In this document: piece by piece, positions 34,685 through 44,330 of the stretch
Position numbering within the stretch: the first letter of the stretch is position 1
How the letters are laid out: each line of letters opens with the position of its first letter
Source: an uncultured Acidobacteriota bacterium
Lineage (GTDB): Bacteria > Acidobacteriota > Thermoanaerobaculia > Multivoradales > UBA5704
Assembly (NCBI GenBank): GCA_963757335.1
Contig: CAVWRJ010000001.1
Span: forward strand, 6,917 to 70,916
DNA length: 64,000 nt
Direction of reading: 5' to 3'
Translations under genes and position numbers: made by a program
The notes under the pieces: model-generated
What the model saw: only the letters and a program-made list of their open reading frames with translations
What the model was told of the DNA's origin: nothing
The model's database searches: none

Positions 34685-35074
34685 GTGACCATGCATGCAA
34701 GCGGACCGTTCGACGTCAAGTTGGAGCCTCAGACGGGCGACCCCACAGTGGCCCGGATGTCGATCGACAAGCAGTTCCATGGCGATCTCGAAGCGACGAG
34801 CCAGGGGCAGATGCTGGCGATCAGCTCGGAGGTCAAAGGCTCTGCCGGGTACGTCGCAATGGAGCGGGTCACCGGAACGCTGCAGGGCCGAACCGGCACC
34901 TTCGCGCTCCAGCACAGCGGCACCATGACCCGCGGGGTCCCAGAGCTCCTCATCACGGTCGTGCCCGATTCCGGCACCGGTCAGCTCGTGGGCCTCGCCG
35001 GCAAGATGACGATCAACATCGTCGACGGCAAGCACTCGTATGAGCTCGAGTACTCGTTCGTCGAGAGGCCGTAG
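34685..35074 (+). CDS. DUF3224 domain protein
   Basis: ASGPFDVKLEPQ...MSIDKQFHGDLEATSQGQML...YVAMERVTGTLQGRTGTFALQHSGTM...LITVVPDSGTGQLVGLAG matches my memory of the DUF3224 pattern. Confidence 0.7.
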   Translation: MTMHASGPFDVKLEPQTGDPTVARMSIDKQFHGDLEATSQGQMLAISSEVKGSAGYVAMERVTGTLQGRTGTFALQHSGTMTRGVPELLITVVPDSGTGQLVGLAGKMTINIVDGKHSYELEYSFVERP

Positions 35075-35077
35075 AGG

Positions 35078-35494
35078 TCAGAGCGTATGGATCCACACTT
35101 CCGGGTGGGACGCCGCGAGGCGCTCTAGATCGTCGCGGTCCCCGGTCAGGACATGGGCCCCTCCCGCCTCCACGGCGTGAGCCAGGACTAAAGCATCCAT
35201 GGTTTCGGCCGAACGGGCGGCTCCCAGCAGTTGCCCGGCGATGCGACCGTGGACCTCGCGCGCTTCCGCCACCGAGCCGACCGCCTTCAACACACGGTTG
35301 ACGGGAGCGTCGCGCGGTCCGCCGCGGACCGTCTCGGCCAGGACCACCACGGGGATCTCGACTTGTGCCTGGAGCTCCAGGGCTCTGGCCACAAAAGCAC
35401 GCGCTCTCGCATCTCCCCGGGCCAGAGCAATGACCGCTCCGGAATCGAGAATCAGGCGCTGCGGCGCTGGGTGGCCCTTCCGGGTGCCGGCCAT
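35078..35494 (-). CDS. vapC: PIN-domain toxin (VapC-like)
   Basis: LILDSGAVIALARGD contains the first acidic PIN residue context. Further features are EIPVVVLAET and DALVLAHAVEAGGAHVLTGDRDDLERL. It lies directly downstream of, and overlaps, a small RHH gene. Confidence 0.8.
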   Translation of the reverse strand: MAGTRKGHPAPQRLILDSGAVIALARGDARARAFVARALELQAQVEIPVVVLAETVRGGPRDAPVNRVLKAVGSVAEAREVHGRIAGQLLGAARSAETMDALVLAHAVEAGGAHVLTGDRDDLERLAASHPEVWIHTL

Positions 35495-35700
35495 TCTTGA
35501 CGAACTTCCTCGACTACCTGCGGCTCGATCGGCCCATTCTCCTGCTCGAGCTCCGCCAGCAGGGCGGCGAGGCGATCGTGCTGCAACTGTTGGCGTAAAG
35601 CGCGGTTTACGTAGCTCGAAAGCCCTCGGGAGCCGACGGCCGCGCGAGCTTCGGTGAGGAGCTCCTCTTCCAGGGTGAGGGAGACTTTCTCTGTATGCAT
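35452..35700 (-). CDS. vapB: Ribbon-helix-helix antitoxin (VapB/CopG-like)
   Basis: ATG 35700 gives MHTEKVSLTLEEELLTEARAAVGSRGLSSYVNRALRQQLQHDRLAALLAELEQENGPI.... The beta-strand plus two helices are typical of RHH antitoxins. Confidence 0.7.
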   Translation of the reverse strand: MHTEKVSLTLEEELLTEARAAVGSRGLSSYVNRALRQQLQHDRLAALLAELEQENGPIEPQVVEEVRQEWPAPGRATQRRSA

Positions 35701-35821
35701 GGCACCAATCCTACAACAAGTAGGATAGAGCCGCGAGCAGCCGAGATCGGGCCAGGCGGACCCCAGGCGGGACCCGCGGAATTCCGACGAATCGAGACCA
35801 CCTCCTGAGGCGGCCGCCGGC

Positions 35822-37102
35822 CTAGTCCATCTGCTTGCGCAACACGGTCGGGATGTCGTAGTCGTCGACGTTCGACCAGTTGGGCCCGAAGCCATTCGGA
35901 TCCTCGCCCCTGGCGTGCGCGATCACCTTCCGGTAGAACGGCACGTCCACCTGCTGGGGCTTCTCCGCCTCTTCCCGCTCGCGATCCCGGTCCCGGTCTC
36001 TCTCGCGCTCACGCTCGGCGGCGGGCGCGGCGGCCAGGGGTTGCGGGGTCATCACCGGACGGCTCAAGGACGCTATGGGCGACTGCGCCCGCGAGCGTTC
36101 GCCCGAGGCGTAGTCGAAGCCGGTGGCGATGACCGTCACCTTCATCGCGTCTTCCATCGTCGGGTCGATCACCATGCCGGAGATGATGTTGGCGTCCGGG
36201 TCGACCGCGTCGGCGATGATCCGGGCCGCCTCGGCGACCTCGTGGAGGGTCAGGTCGTGGCCGCCGGAGATGTTGATGAGGACGCCGCGGGCGCCCTGAA
36301 TCGAGGTCTCTTCCAGGAGCGGCGAGGAGATCGCCCGCTGGGCCGCTTCGAGCGCCCGGTGCTCGCCCTTGGCGACGCCGGTGCCCATCAAGGCCATGCC
36401 CATGCCGGTCATGATCGTCCGCACGTCGGCGAAGTCGACGTTGATCTCGCCGGGGACGGTGATCAGGTCGCTGATCCCCTGGACCGCCTGGCGAAGCACG
36501 TCGTCGGCGATGCGGAAGGCCTCGTGGAGGGGCGTGCCGCGCTCGACGAAGTTGAGGAGCCGCTCGTTGGGGATGGTGATCAGGGTGTCGACCGCCCCGC
36601 GGAGCTCCTCGACGCCGCGCTCGGCCAATTGCAGCCGGCGGCGCCCCTCGAAGCCGAACGGTTTGGTGACCACCGCCACCACGAGAGCGCCGATCTCGGC
36701 GGCGAGCGAGGCGATGATCGGTGCCGCGCCCGTCCCTGTGCCGCCGCCCAAGCCGGCGGTCAGGAAGACCATGTCGGCACCTTCCAGCATCTCCAGGATG
36801 TGCTCGGTGTCCTCGAGAGCCGACTTCCTCCCCACTTCCGGGTCCGCCCCGGCGCCCAGGCCCTTGGTCAACAGGTTGCCGAGCTGGAGCTTGAGCGGCG
36901 CCCGGCACTTGCGGAGCGCCTGGAGGTCGGTGTTCGCGGCGATGAACTCGATGCCGCGGAGCTGCGAGTCGATCATCCGGTTGACGGCGTTGCCGCCGCC
37001 CCCCCCGACCCCGATCACCTTGATCCGAGCGGGTATCCCATCCGTCTCTTCCAAGGGCATCAGAGCCTCCTTAAGAGCGTCGTGGTCGTCGAACAGAATC
37101 AT
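35822..37102 (-). CDS. ftsZ: Cell division protein FtsZ
   Basis: [18 protein letters not shown], the tubulin signature [15 protein letters not shown], and the conserved C-terminal peptide [11 protein letters not shown] are all present. I chose the start at ATG 37102 with a GGGGG RBS; ATG 37060 is an alternative. Confidence 0.95.
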   Translation of the reverse strand: MILFDDHDALKEALMPLEETDGIPARIKVIGVGGGGGNAVNRMIDSQLRGIEFIAANTDLQALRKCRAPLKLQLGNLLTKGLGAGADPEVGRKSALEDTEHILEMLEGADMVFLTAGLGGGTGTGAAPIIASLAAEIGALVVAVVTKPFGFEGRRRLQLAERGVEELRGAVDTLITIPNERLLNFVERGTPLHEAFRIADDVLRQAVQGISDLITVPGEINVDFADVRTIMTGMGMALMGTGVAKGEHRALEAAQRAISSPLLEETSIQGARGVLINISGGHDLTLHEVAEAARIIADAVDPDANIISGMVIDPTMEDAMKVTVIATGFDYASGERSRAQSPIASLSRPVMTPQPLAAAPAAERERERDRDRDREREEAEKPQQVDVPFYRKVIAHARGEDPNGFGPNWSNVDDYDIPTVLRKQMD

Positions 37103-37148
37103 CGTGAAACCCCCTTTGTATACTACCGTTTCTTCGAGCTCGTGACCC

Positions 37149-38387
37149 CTAGAGGAGGTCCGCAAACATGCCGCGCAGACTCCCCACCATCCCACGTACG
37201 CTCCAGCCCTGCTTCTTCTGCACCTTGCCCTGGCTCTCCTCGGCGGTCCGGGCGTAGAGCAGGAGGCCCGAGGCGGTCGACCAGGTCGGGCTGCTGATGA
37301 CGTCGACCAACCCGCCGAGGCCGCGCGGCAGCCCGTAGCGCACCCCGGCGTCGAAGGTCTGCTCCGAGAGCTCCAGGAGGCCGTCGAGCTGGGCACCGCC
37401 GCCGGTCAAGACGATTCCGGCCCGCAAGCTGTCCTCGCTGGCGTGCTTGAAAAGGTCCTCTCGAATCATACTGAAGAGTTCCTCCGCCCGGGGCTGGAGG
37501 ATCTCACAGAGCTCCTTTCTGGGCACCACCCGCGAGGAGCCGCCGGCCACGGTCGGCACCGAGATCCCCTCGTCGTCGGTGACCATGCTCGGCAGGCAGC
37601 AGCCCTGCTTGATCTTGATCTTCTCGGCCTCGCCGAACGGGGTGCGGAGCACCATCGCGAGATCGTTGGTGAAGTGGCCGGCGCCGATCGGCGCCACGGC
37701 GCTGTACTGGATCTCGCCGTCGGCGAAAAGGGCGTACTCGGTGGTGCCGGCACCGACGTCGATCAAGAGGCAGCCGAGCTCGCGCTCGTCCGGGGTGAGC
37801 ACGGCCTCGGCCGTCGCGAGCGGCTCGAAGACCATCTCGACGACCTCGATGCCGGCCCGGTTGACGCAGGTCAGGAGAGTCTTCGAGCGGGTGGTGTTGC
37901 CGGTCACCAGGTGGACCATGACCTCCAACCGGCTCCCCAGCATGCCGAGCGGATCGCCGATCCCCCCCTGCTCGTCGACGACGAACTCCTGGGGGATGGC
38001 ATGGAGGATCTCGCGGTCGGAGGGGAGGGCCGCGGATTTCGCCGCATCGAGCACCCGCTGGATGTCCTGGCGGGTGATCTCCCGGTCCTTCCTCGACACC
38101 GAGACCATGCCGCGCGAGTTGACGCTCCTGATGTCAGCCCCAGCGACGCCGACGTAGGCGCGGGAGATCTCGACCCCGGCCATTACCTCGGCCTCCTCGC
38201 TCGCCTGCTTCAAGGCGTCGACGGTGGCCTCGACGTTGACGATGTTGCCCTTGCGCGTGCCGCGGTTGGGGGCTAAGCCCTTGCCGACGACTTCGAGCCC
38301 ACCCTTGTCGTCGCGCTGGCCGATCAGCACCCCCACCTTGGAGGATCCGATGTCAATCCCTACGAAATACGGTTCTGGCTTCGGCAT
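37149..38387 (-). CDS. ftsA: Cell division protein FtsA
   Basis: [30 protein letters not shown] and [14 protein letters not shown] are the actin-fold ATPase motifs. The gene sits between ftsQ and ftsZ. Confidence 0.95.
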   Translation of the reverse strand: MPKPEPYFVGIDIGSSKVGVLIGQRDDKGGLEVVGKGLAPNRGTRKGNIVNVEATVDALKQASEEAEVMAGVEISRAYVGVAGADIRSVNSRGMVSVSRKDREITRQDIQRVLDAAKSAALPSDREILHAIPQEFVVDEQGGIGDPLGMLGSRLEVMVHLVTGNTTRSKTLLTCVNRAGIEVVEMVFEPLATAEAVLTPDERELGCLLIDVGAGTTEYALFADGEIQYSAVAPIGAGHFTNDLAMVLRTPFGEAEKIKIKQGCCLPSMVTDDEGISVPTVAGGSSRVVPRKELCEILQPRAEELFSMIREDLFKHASEDSLRAGIVLTGGGAQLDGLLELSEQTFDAGVRYGLPRGLGGLVDVISSPTWSTASGLLLYARTAEESQGKVQKKQGWSVRGMVGSLRGMFADLL

Positions 38388-38388
38388 G

Positions 38389-39273
38389 TCAGCCTGCTCC
38401 CCCGTTGGTAAAAGGTTTTTGTGCGGTAGCCGCAGGTTGTACCGCTGGTTGGATCGCTGGTTGGATAATGATCCGGCGCGGGAAGCGCAGGTCGACCGAT
38501 TGAAGGGCGGTGTACCGGCGCCCCAGCTCGGGCAGGAGCGCCTCGAAGCGATGCACTTTCGAGACCAGGTCGAGGCTCCGCAAGAGGAGCGGGAAGGGCA
38601 GGTCCCGGAGGTGCAGGCGGAGGTCCTCGTCGCCCAGAACGTCCACCCGGACGAGGGACGAAGCCCAGTCCGGATTGGCCTTTCGAAGCTCGGCCGCCGC
38701 TCCCAGCGCCTTCGCCATCGCCTCGGGCGGGCGCGCCGCGGCGCCCGCTAAATCGATCACCAGAAAGCCCTCCCGGTTGTCGCCCGGAACGACCGGGGCG
38801 ATCGAATGACCGAAGGCGTCCGCCCAGGTGACGGTGCCGCCGGGACCGGCGAGGAGGGCGACCGGCCGGCGCTCGCGGATCGAGACCCGCACCCGGTCGG
38901 GCAGAATCTTCTCGATCTCGACGCTCTCGATCCACGGCTGGCTGGCGAGAAGCGCCTCGACCCGGGCGAGCGGCAGCCGTACCAGGTTCTCCCCCCGGAG
39001 CGGGGCGAGCGACCGCCGCACCTGCTCGGCCGGCACCCGGTGGGTGCCCTCGACCGCCAGCTCGTGGAGGCAGAAGCGGGACGAGGTGAGCACCCAGGCG
39101 ACGAGGCCGCTGGGGAGGGCGATGAGCGCGAGCGCCGTGGTGAGCGGCCGGGCGAGGGCGAGCCACAAGCTGCGCTTCCTCCGCCGCGGCGGCGCCTGGC
39201 GGCGCTTGAAGTCGAGCACCCGCCCGCCGGTGCCGGTGCCGGCGAGCGCCGCGGACTCGAAACCGCCGCTCAT
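38389..39273 (-). CDS. ftsQ: Cell division protein FtsQ (POTRA domain)
   Basis: ATG 39273 overlaps the murC stop (ATGA). There is a single TM segment (LWLALARPLTTALALIALPSGLVAWVL), then LHELAVEGTHRVPAEQVRRSL (POTRA). Its position in the dcw cluster fits. Confidence 0.8.
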   Translation of the reverse strand: MSGGFESAALAGTGTGGRVLDFKRRQAPPRRRKRSLWLALARPLTTALALIALPSGLVAWVLTSSRFCLHELAVEGTHRVPAEQVRRSLAPLRGENLVRLPLARVEALLASQPWIESVEIEKILPDRVRVSIRERRPVALLAGPGGTVTWADAFGHSIAPVVPGDNREGFLVIDLAGAAARPPEAMAKALGAAAELRKANPDWASSLVRVDVLGDEDLRLHLRDLPFPLLLRSLDLVSKVHRFEALLPELGRRYTALQSVDLRFPRRIIIQPAIQPAVQPAATAQKPFTNGGAG

Positions 39274-40664
39274 GCGTCCTCCCTGCCGACCAGCTGGCGG
39301 GCCAGCCGGTAGATGTCGCCAGCGCCCAAGGTCATGACGACGTCCCCCGGGGCCACCCCTTCGGCGAGGAGGGCCGAGGCCTCGCGCCAGTCGGGGCAGT
39401 AGTGGACGTTCTTGTGACCGCTCCGTAGCGCCGCCTCGACCACCAGCTCGCCCGTCACCCCGGGGACCGGCGCCTCGCGCGAGGCGTAGACGTCGGTGAC
39501 CACGGCGCGGTCGGCGAGGAGGAGCGAGCGGCCGAAGCCCTCGGCCTGGTCCTGGGTGCGCGAGTAGAGGTGGGGCTGGAAGACGACGTGGAGCCGCCCC
39601 TTGGGGAAGGCCTGGCGGGCGGCGTCGAGGGTTGCCGTCACCTCGGTCGGGTGGTGGGCGTAGTCGTCGACTACCGCCGCCCCCCGCCACTCGCCCACCT
39701 GCTCGAAGCGGCGGTGGACCCCCTCGAAGGCGGCGAGGCCGCTCGCGATGTCGTCGAAGCCGAGGCGGAGCGAGAGCCCCACCCCCACGGCGGCTAAGGC
39801 GTTCAAGATGTTGTGCCGGCCGGGAAGGGGGAGCTCCAGCCGGCCGAGGAGGGCGCCGCGCAGGCGGACCCCGAAGGCGCTCTTGCCGCCCAGCGCCTCG
39901 ATGTCGACCGCCGCCAGATCCGCCTGGGGCGAGAAGCCGTAAGTCACCAGCCGGCGCTCGGAGAGCCGGGGGAGGATCTGCTGGATGTTGGGGTCCTCCA
40001 GGCAGACGATCAGCCGGCCGAAGAAGGGCACCCGGTTGGCGAAGGTGACGAAGGCGTCGCGGATCTCGTCCAAGTCTCTGTAGGTATCCAGGTGATCGCG
40101 GTCGATGTTGGTGATCACCGCCACCACCGGCGACAGGCGGAGGAAGCTCCTGTCGAACTCGTCTGCCTCGGCGACCAGGTAGTTGCTCTCGCCCAGCCGA
40201 GCGCCGGTGCCGAGCAGGCGCAGGCGGCCGCCGACGATGACCGTGGGGTCGAGGCCCGCCTGGGTCAGCATGGTGCCGACGAGCGAGGTGGTGGTGGTCT
40301 TCCCGTGAGTGCCGGCGACGGCGATGCCGTACTTCAAACGCATCAGCTCGGCCAGCATCTCGGCCCGGCGGACGACGGGGATGCCCCGGAAGCGCGCCGC
40401 CTGGACCTCCGGGTTGCCGTCCGCCACCGCCGAGGAGATCACCACCAGGTCGACCCCTTTCAAATGATCCCCGGTGTGCCCCTGGTGAATGGTGGCGCCC
40501 ATCTTCTGGAGATGCTGGGTCGCCTCGCCGAGCGCCTGGTCGCAGCCGCTGACGAGAAGCTCGCGCTCGTCGGTCAGGAGGATCTCGGCGATGCCGCTCA
40601 TGCCGGCGCCGCCGATCCCCACGAAATGGATGTGCGAGAGGTCGGCGAAGGGGTTGAAGCTCAT
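39270..40664 (-). CDS. murC: UDP-N-acetylmuramate--L-alanine ligase
   Basis: IHFVGIGGAGMSGIAEIL, AVAGTHGKTTTTSL, EADEFDRSF and DDYAHHPTE are present. Confidence 0.95.
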   Translation of the reverse strand: MSFNPFADLSHIHFVGIGGAGMSGIAEILLTDERELLVSGCDQALGEATQHLQKMGATIHQGHTGDHLKGVDLVVISSAVADGNPEVQAARFRGIPVVRRAEMLAELMRLKYGIAVAGTHGKTTTTSLVGTMLTQAGLDPTVIVGGRLRLLGTGARLGESNYLVAEADEFDRSFLRLSPVVAVITNIDRDHLDTYRDLDEIRDAFVTFANRVPFFGRLIVCLEDPNIQQILPRLSERRLVTYGFSPQADLAAVDIEALGGKSAFGVRLRGALLGRLELPLPGRHNILNALAAVGVGLSLRLGFDDIASGLAAFEGVHRRFEQVGEWRGAAVVDDYAHHPTEVTATLDAARQAFPKGRLHVVFQPHLYSRTQDQAEGFGRSLLLADRAVVTDVYASREAPVPGVTGELVVEAALRSGHKNVHYCPDWREASALLAEGVAPGDVVMTLGAGDIYRLARQLVGREDA

Positions 40665-41824
40665 CGCCCGGCCCTCCGCTCCGCCAGCTCGGCCAATCGG
40701 TCGGCGATCGCCGCCACCGCGCCCGGCCTGGCGAGCGCGCGCGCCGCCCGGCCCATCCGGGCGAGGCGCGCGGCTCCGGCGGGGTTGGCGGGGTCCCCCA
40801 AGAGAGCACCCAGGCGCTCGGCGAGAGCGTCGGGGGTCGCCGCATCGCCCGTCAGCAGCTCGGCCGCCCCGGCATCGGCCAACAGCCGGGCGTTCTCGAC
40901 CTGGTGCCCCTGGGCGATCGAGAGCGGCAGGAAGAGCACCGGCCGGGAGGCGGCGCAGATCTCGGCCACCGTGATCGCCCCCGCCCGCGAGACCAGAAGA
41001 TGGCTTTCCGCCATGGCTCCGGCGACGTCTTCCAGGAAGGGGACCACCTCGACTGTGGCTCCGGTCCCCCCGGTGACTCCGGCGGCCGCGTACGCAGCCC
41101 GAGTCTCCTCGACGTTCTTCGCCCCCGCCTGGTGGAGGACCCGGAGGGAGGCTCCACCCCCGAGGACAGCGAGAAGCCGGGCCACCGCCGCCGGCACCAG
41201 CTCGTTGACCTGCCGTGCCCCCATGCTGCCGCCGAGAACGAGGAGCCGGGGCGGCGCGAGGGGAGGGAGAGCGGAGGGGACCGCGAAGAAGGCGGCGCGG
41301 ACCGGCACCCCGGTGACGACGCAGGGACACTTCAGGTCGCGGACCGTCTCCCGGAAGGCGACCGCCGCCCCGGAGGCGTAGCCAGAGAGCCAGCGGTTGG
41401 CGACCCCGGCCCGGGCGTTCGGTTCGAGGAGGAGGATCGGCCGGCGGGCGAGCCGCGCCCCGACGACCGCCGGAGCCGAGACATAGCCGCCGGTGCCGAG
41501 GATCACGTCCGCCCCCAGCCGCCGGACGAGCCGCATCGCCGACACCGCCGACCCCGAGAGGGTGGTGAGCGAGCGCGCCCGGGCCCCCAGCCCCTTGCCG
41601 AGGAACGGCCGCGCCGGGAGTGGGTAGAACGGCACCCCGCGCTCCCCGGTCAAGCGCTCTTCGAGGCCGCCGGCGAGACCGGTGAAGCTCACCCGCCACC
41701 CCCTGCGCCCAAGCTCCTCGGCCACGGCGAGGGCCGGGAAGACGTGACCGCCCGTACCACCGCCCGCGAGGAGGGCGTGGAGCGAGGGCTTGGGAGGCGC
41801 GGGCATGGCATCGGTCGTCTTCAT
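40661..41824 (-). CDS. murG: Undecaprenyldiphospho-muramoylpentapeptide beta-N-acetylglucosaminyltransferase
   Basis: LLAGGGTGGHVFPALAVAEEL and LVSRAGAITVAEI are present. ATGA overlaps occur at both ends. Confidence 0.95.
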   Translation of the reverse strand: MKTTDAMPAPPKPSLHALLAGGGTGGHVFPALAVAEELGRRGWRVSFTGLAGGLEERLTGERGVPFYPLPARPFLGKGLGARARSLTTLSGSAVSAMRLVRRLGADVILGTGGYVSAPAVVGARLARRPILLLEPNARAGVANRWLSGYASGAAVAFRETVRDLKCPCVVTGVPVRAAFFAVPSALPPLAPPRLLVLGGSMGARQVNELVPAAVARLLAVLGGGASLRVLHQAGAKNVEETRAAYAAAGVTGGTGATVEVVPFLEDVAGAMAESHLLVSRAGAITVAEICAASRPVLFLPLSIAQGHQVENARLLADAGAAELLTGDAATPDALAERLGALLGDPANPAGAARLARMGRAARALARPGAVAAIADRLAELAERRAGR

Positions 41825-42915
41825 CCGTGCTGGGAGAGGTTGAGGAGAACGCCGCAGATGCAGAGGGTGACCACCAGCGACGATCCACCGTAGGAGATGA
41901 AGGGGAGCGGGATGCCCTTGGTCGGCAGGAGGGCGATGGCGACGCTGACGTTCAAGAGCGCCTGGATGACGAGGATGCCGGTGAAGCCCCAGGCCAGGTA
42001 GCGGCCGAAGGAGTCGGGGGCGCGCAGGCCGGCGAGGATGCCGCGCCAGGCGAGCACCCCGAAGAGGGCGACGATGGCGAGCGCCCCGACCATCCCCATC
42101 TCCTCGGCGATGATGGCGTAGATGAAGTCCGACTCCGGATGGGGCAGGAAATAGAGCTTCTGGATGCTCCGTCCCGGCCCCAGGCCGAGCACGCCGCCCG
42201 AGCCCACGGCGATCAGCGACTGGAGAGCCTGGAAGCCGGTCCCCAGGGGGTCGTGCTCGGGGTCCAGAAAGGCGAAAAGCCGCGCTCGCCGGTAGGAGAC
42301 CGAGATGACGAGGAACCAGAGCATGGGGAGAGCCGCGGCGCCGATCCCCAGCACGTAGCGCCAGGAGAGCCCGGCGAGGAACACCATGAGGAACGCCGTG
42401 GTGACGAGGAGCACCGCGGTCCCCATGTCCGGTTCGAGCAGGATGAGCCCGGCGGTCAAGCCCGTGAAGAGCGCCAGCGGCAAGAGGAGGTCTGGATGGT
42501 TGACCCGGTCGAGCTTGCGGTCGATCTGGTAGGCGAGGAATGGAATGAGGGCAATCTTTGCAAGCTCCGAGGGCTGGAGCGACAGTCCGGCGAAGAAGAA
42601 CCACCGCCGAGTGCCGTTGAGCTCGGGTGAGAAGAGCACCCCCACGAGGAGGACGAGGATTCCGCAGAGCAAGCCGTACACCACCACGGGACGCTGGAGT
42701 CGCCGGTAATCGACATGCATGACCAGCGCCATGGCGCCGAGGCCGAGGGCGGCCCAGATCGCCTGCTTGACGAGGAACGGGTTGACGAAGCTGCCGCCGT
42801 GGCCGCCGCCCCGGGCGATCGCCGAGCTCGCCGAGTAGACCATCACCAGGCCGGCGCCGACCAGGAGCATGATGGTCGTGAAGAGCACCTTGTCAAAGGC
42901 CAGCTTCTTGGCCAT
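41821..42915 (-). CDS. ftsW: Peptidoglycan glycosyltransferase FtsW (SEDS family)
   Basis: The ORF from ATG 42915 is a 364-aa polytopic protein. It carries SEFAKI-like LQPSELAKIALIPFLA and PLPFISYGGSS. Confidence 0.9.
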   Translation of the reverse strand: MAKKLAFDKVLFTTIMLLVGAGLVMVYSASSAIARGGGHGGSFVNPFLVKQAIWAALGLGAMALVMHVDYRRLQRPVVVYGLLCGILVLLVGVLFSPELNGTRRWFFFAGLSLQPSELAKIALIPFLAYQIDRKLDRVNHPDLLLPLALFTGLTAGLILLEPDMGTAVLLVTTAFLMVFLAGLSWRYVLGIGAAALPMLWFLVISVSYRRARLFAFLDPEHDPLGTGFQALQSLIAVGSGGVLGLGPGRSIQKLYFLPHPESDFIYAIIAEEMGMVGALAIVALFGVLAWRGILAGLRAPDSFGRYLAWGFTGILVIQALLNVSVAIALLPTKGIPLPFISYGGSSLVVTLCICGVLLNLSQHG

Positions 42916-44330
42916 GGCCCCCTCCGATCTCTGGCGTCGCGGGCGTCGCAAGTACGTCGTGGACGAGCTGGGTGAAGACCTCGCCCCGGTGATTGAAGTT
43001 CCTGAACTGGTCGAAGCTGGCGCAGGCCGGCGAGAGGACGACGACCTCCCCCGAACGGGCCTGGGCGGCGGCCGAGCGGACGGCACGGTCGAGGGTCTCC
43101 GCGACCTCATAGGGGGCGGCGCCCCCGAGCGCCTGCGCGAATTCGGGGGCGGCCTCGCCGATCAGGTAGAGCCGGCGCGCCTTGCCATGCACGAGGGGCG
43201 AGAGCGAGGCGAGATCCGCCCCCTTGTTGCGGCCGCCGAGGATGAGGTGGACCGTGCCGTCGGCGAAGCCCTCGATCGACTTGGCGGTGGCCGCCGGGTT
43301 GGTCCCCTTGGAGTCGTCGTACCAGAGGACGCCGTTCGCCTCCCCCACCTTCTCCATCCGGTGCGGCAGGCCGGCGAAGCCCCGGAGACCGGCGCGGATC
43401 GCCGCCGGCGCGGCCCCGGCGGCACGGGCGAGGAGAGCGGCGGCCATGGCGTTCTCCAGGTTGTGCACGCCCGCGAGCGGCACGTCCCCGGCGGCGAAGA
43501 GCTCGACGGCCGAACCCCCGGGCTGCACTTCGAGGACCCGGTCGCCGGCATCCCCACCGATATGGCAGCCGTCCTCGACCTGAGAGAGACGCGAGAAGAG
43601 CCGGCGGCGGGCGCGGGTTTCGACCTTCAGGGTCTCGGGGTCGTCGGCGTTGAGCACCGCCACCCCCTCAGGCCCCATCTCCCGGAAGAGCGCCCGCTTG
43701 GCCGCCGCGTAGTGGCCGAAGCTCGGGTAGCGGTCGAGATGGTCCTCGGCGATGTTCAAGAGCGCCGCCACCTGCGGGGCGAAGGTGACGATCCCCTCGA
43801 TCTGGAAGCTCGACATCTCGACGACGAAGACCCGTCCCGGCGGGCCGTCGACCAACCCTGAGAGCGGCTCGCCGATGTTGCCGCAGACCTCGACCGTCAG
43901 ACCGGCGGCGCGCAGCATGGCGCCGGTCAAGGCGGTCGTCGTGCTCTTGCCGTTGCTCCCGGTGATCGCCACCACCGTGCCGCTCAAGAAGGGGAAAGCG
44001 AGCTCGACCTCGGCGATCACCGGCACCCCCCGGCGCCGGGCATCGGCGAGGAGCGGCCGGGGCATCGGTACGCCGGGGGAGACGACGACGAGATCGATCG
44101 GAGCGCCCGAAGCCGGAGGTTGGCAGCTCGTCCGGCTCCCCGCCAGCAACCATAGAGAGCCGCGGATCGGCCGCCAGGTCCCCCAGATCCAGATCTTCCC
44201 GGGACCGCCCGTCGACCCCGATCACCGAGACCCCGCGGGCGAGCAGGAAACGCGCCGCGGCGCGGCCGGAGAGGCCCAGCCCGTAGACCAGCGCCTGGCG
44301 GATCTCGCCGCTGCTCCAGAATGATTTCAT
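42893..44330 (-). CDS. murD: UDP-N-acetylmuramoylalanine--D-glutamate ligase, with one apparent frameshift near 44100-44112
   Basis: The N-terminus MKSFWSSGEIRQALVYGLGLSGRAAARFLLARGVSVIGVD is in ORF 43668..44414. APIDLVVVSPGVP...VAITGSNGKSTTTAL...HNLENAMAA and the C-terminus are in ORF 42893..44149. The span length of 1438 nt is not a multiple of three. Confidence 0.9.

Noticed and set aside
35822-37396. The 524-aa version of FtsZ starting at 37396.
   Set aside because: The first ~98 codons overlap the ftsA 3' end and are low-complexity. ATG 37102 has an RBS and gives a canonical FtsZ N-terminus.
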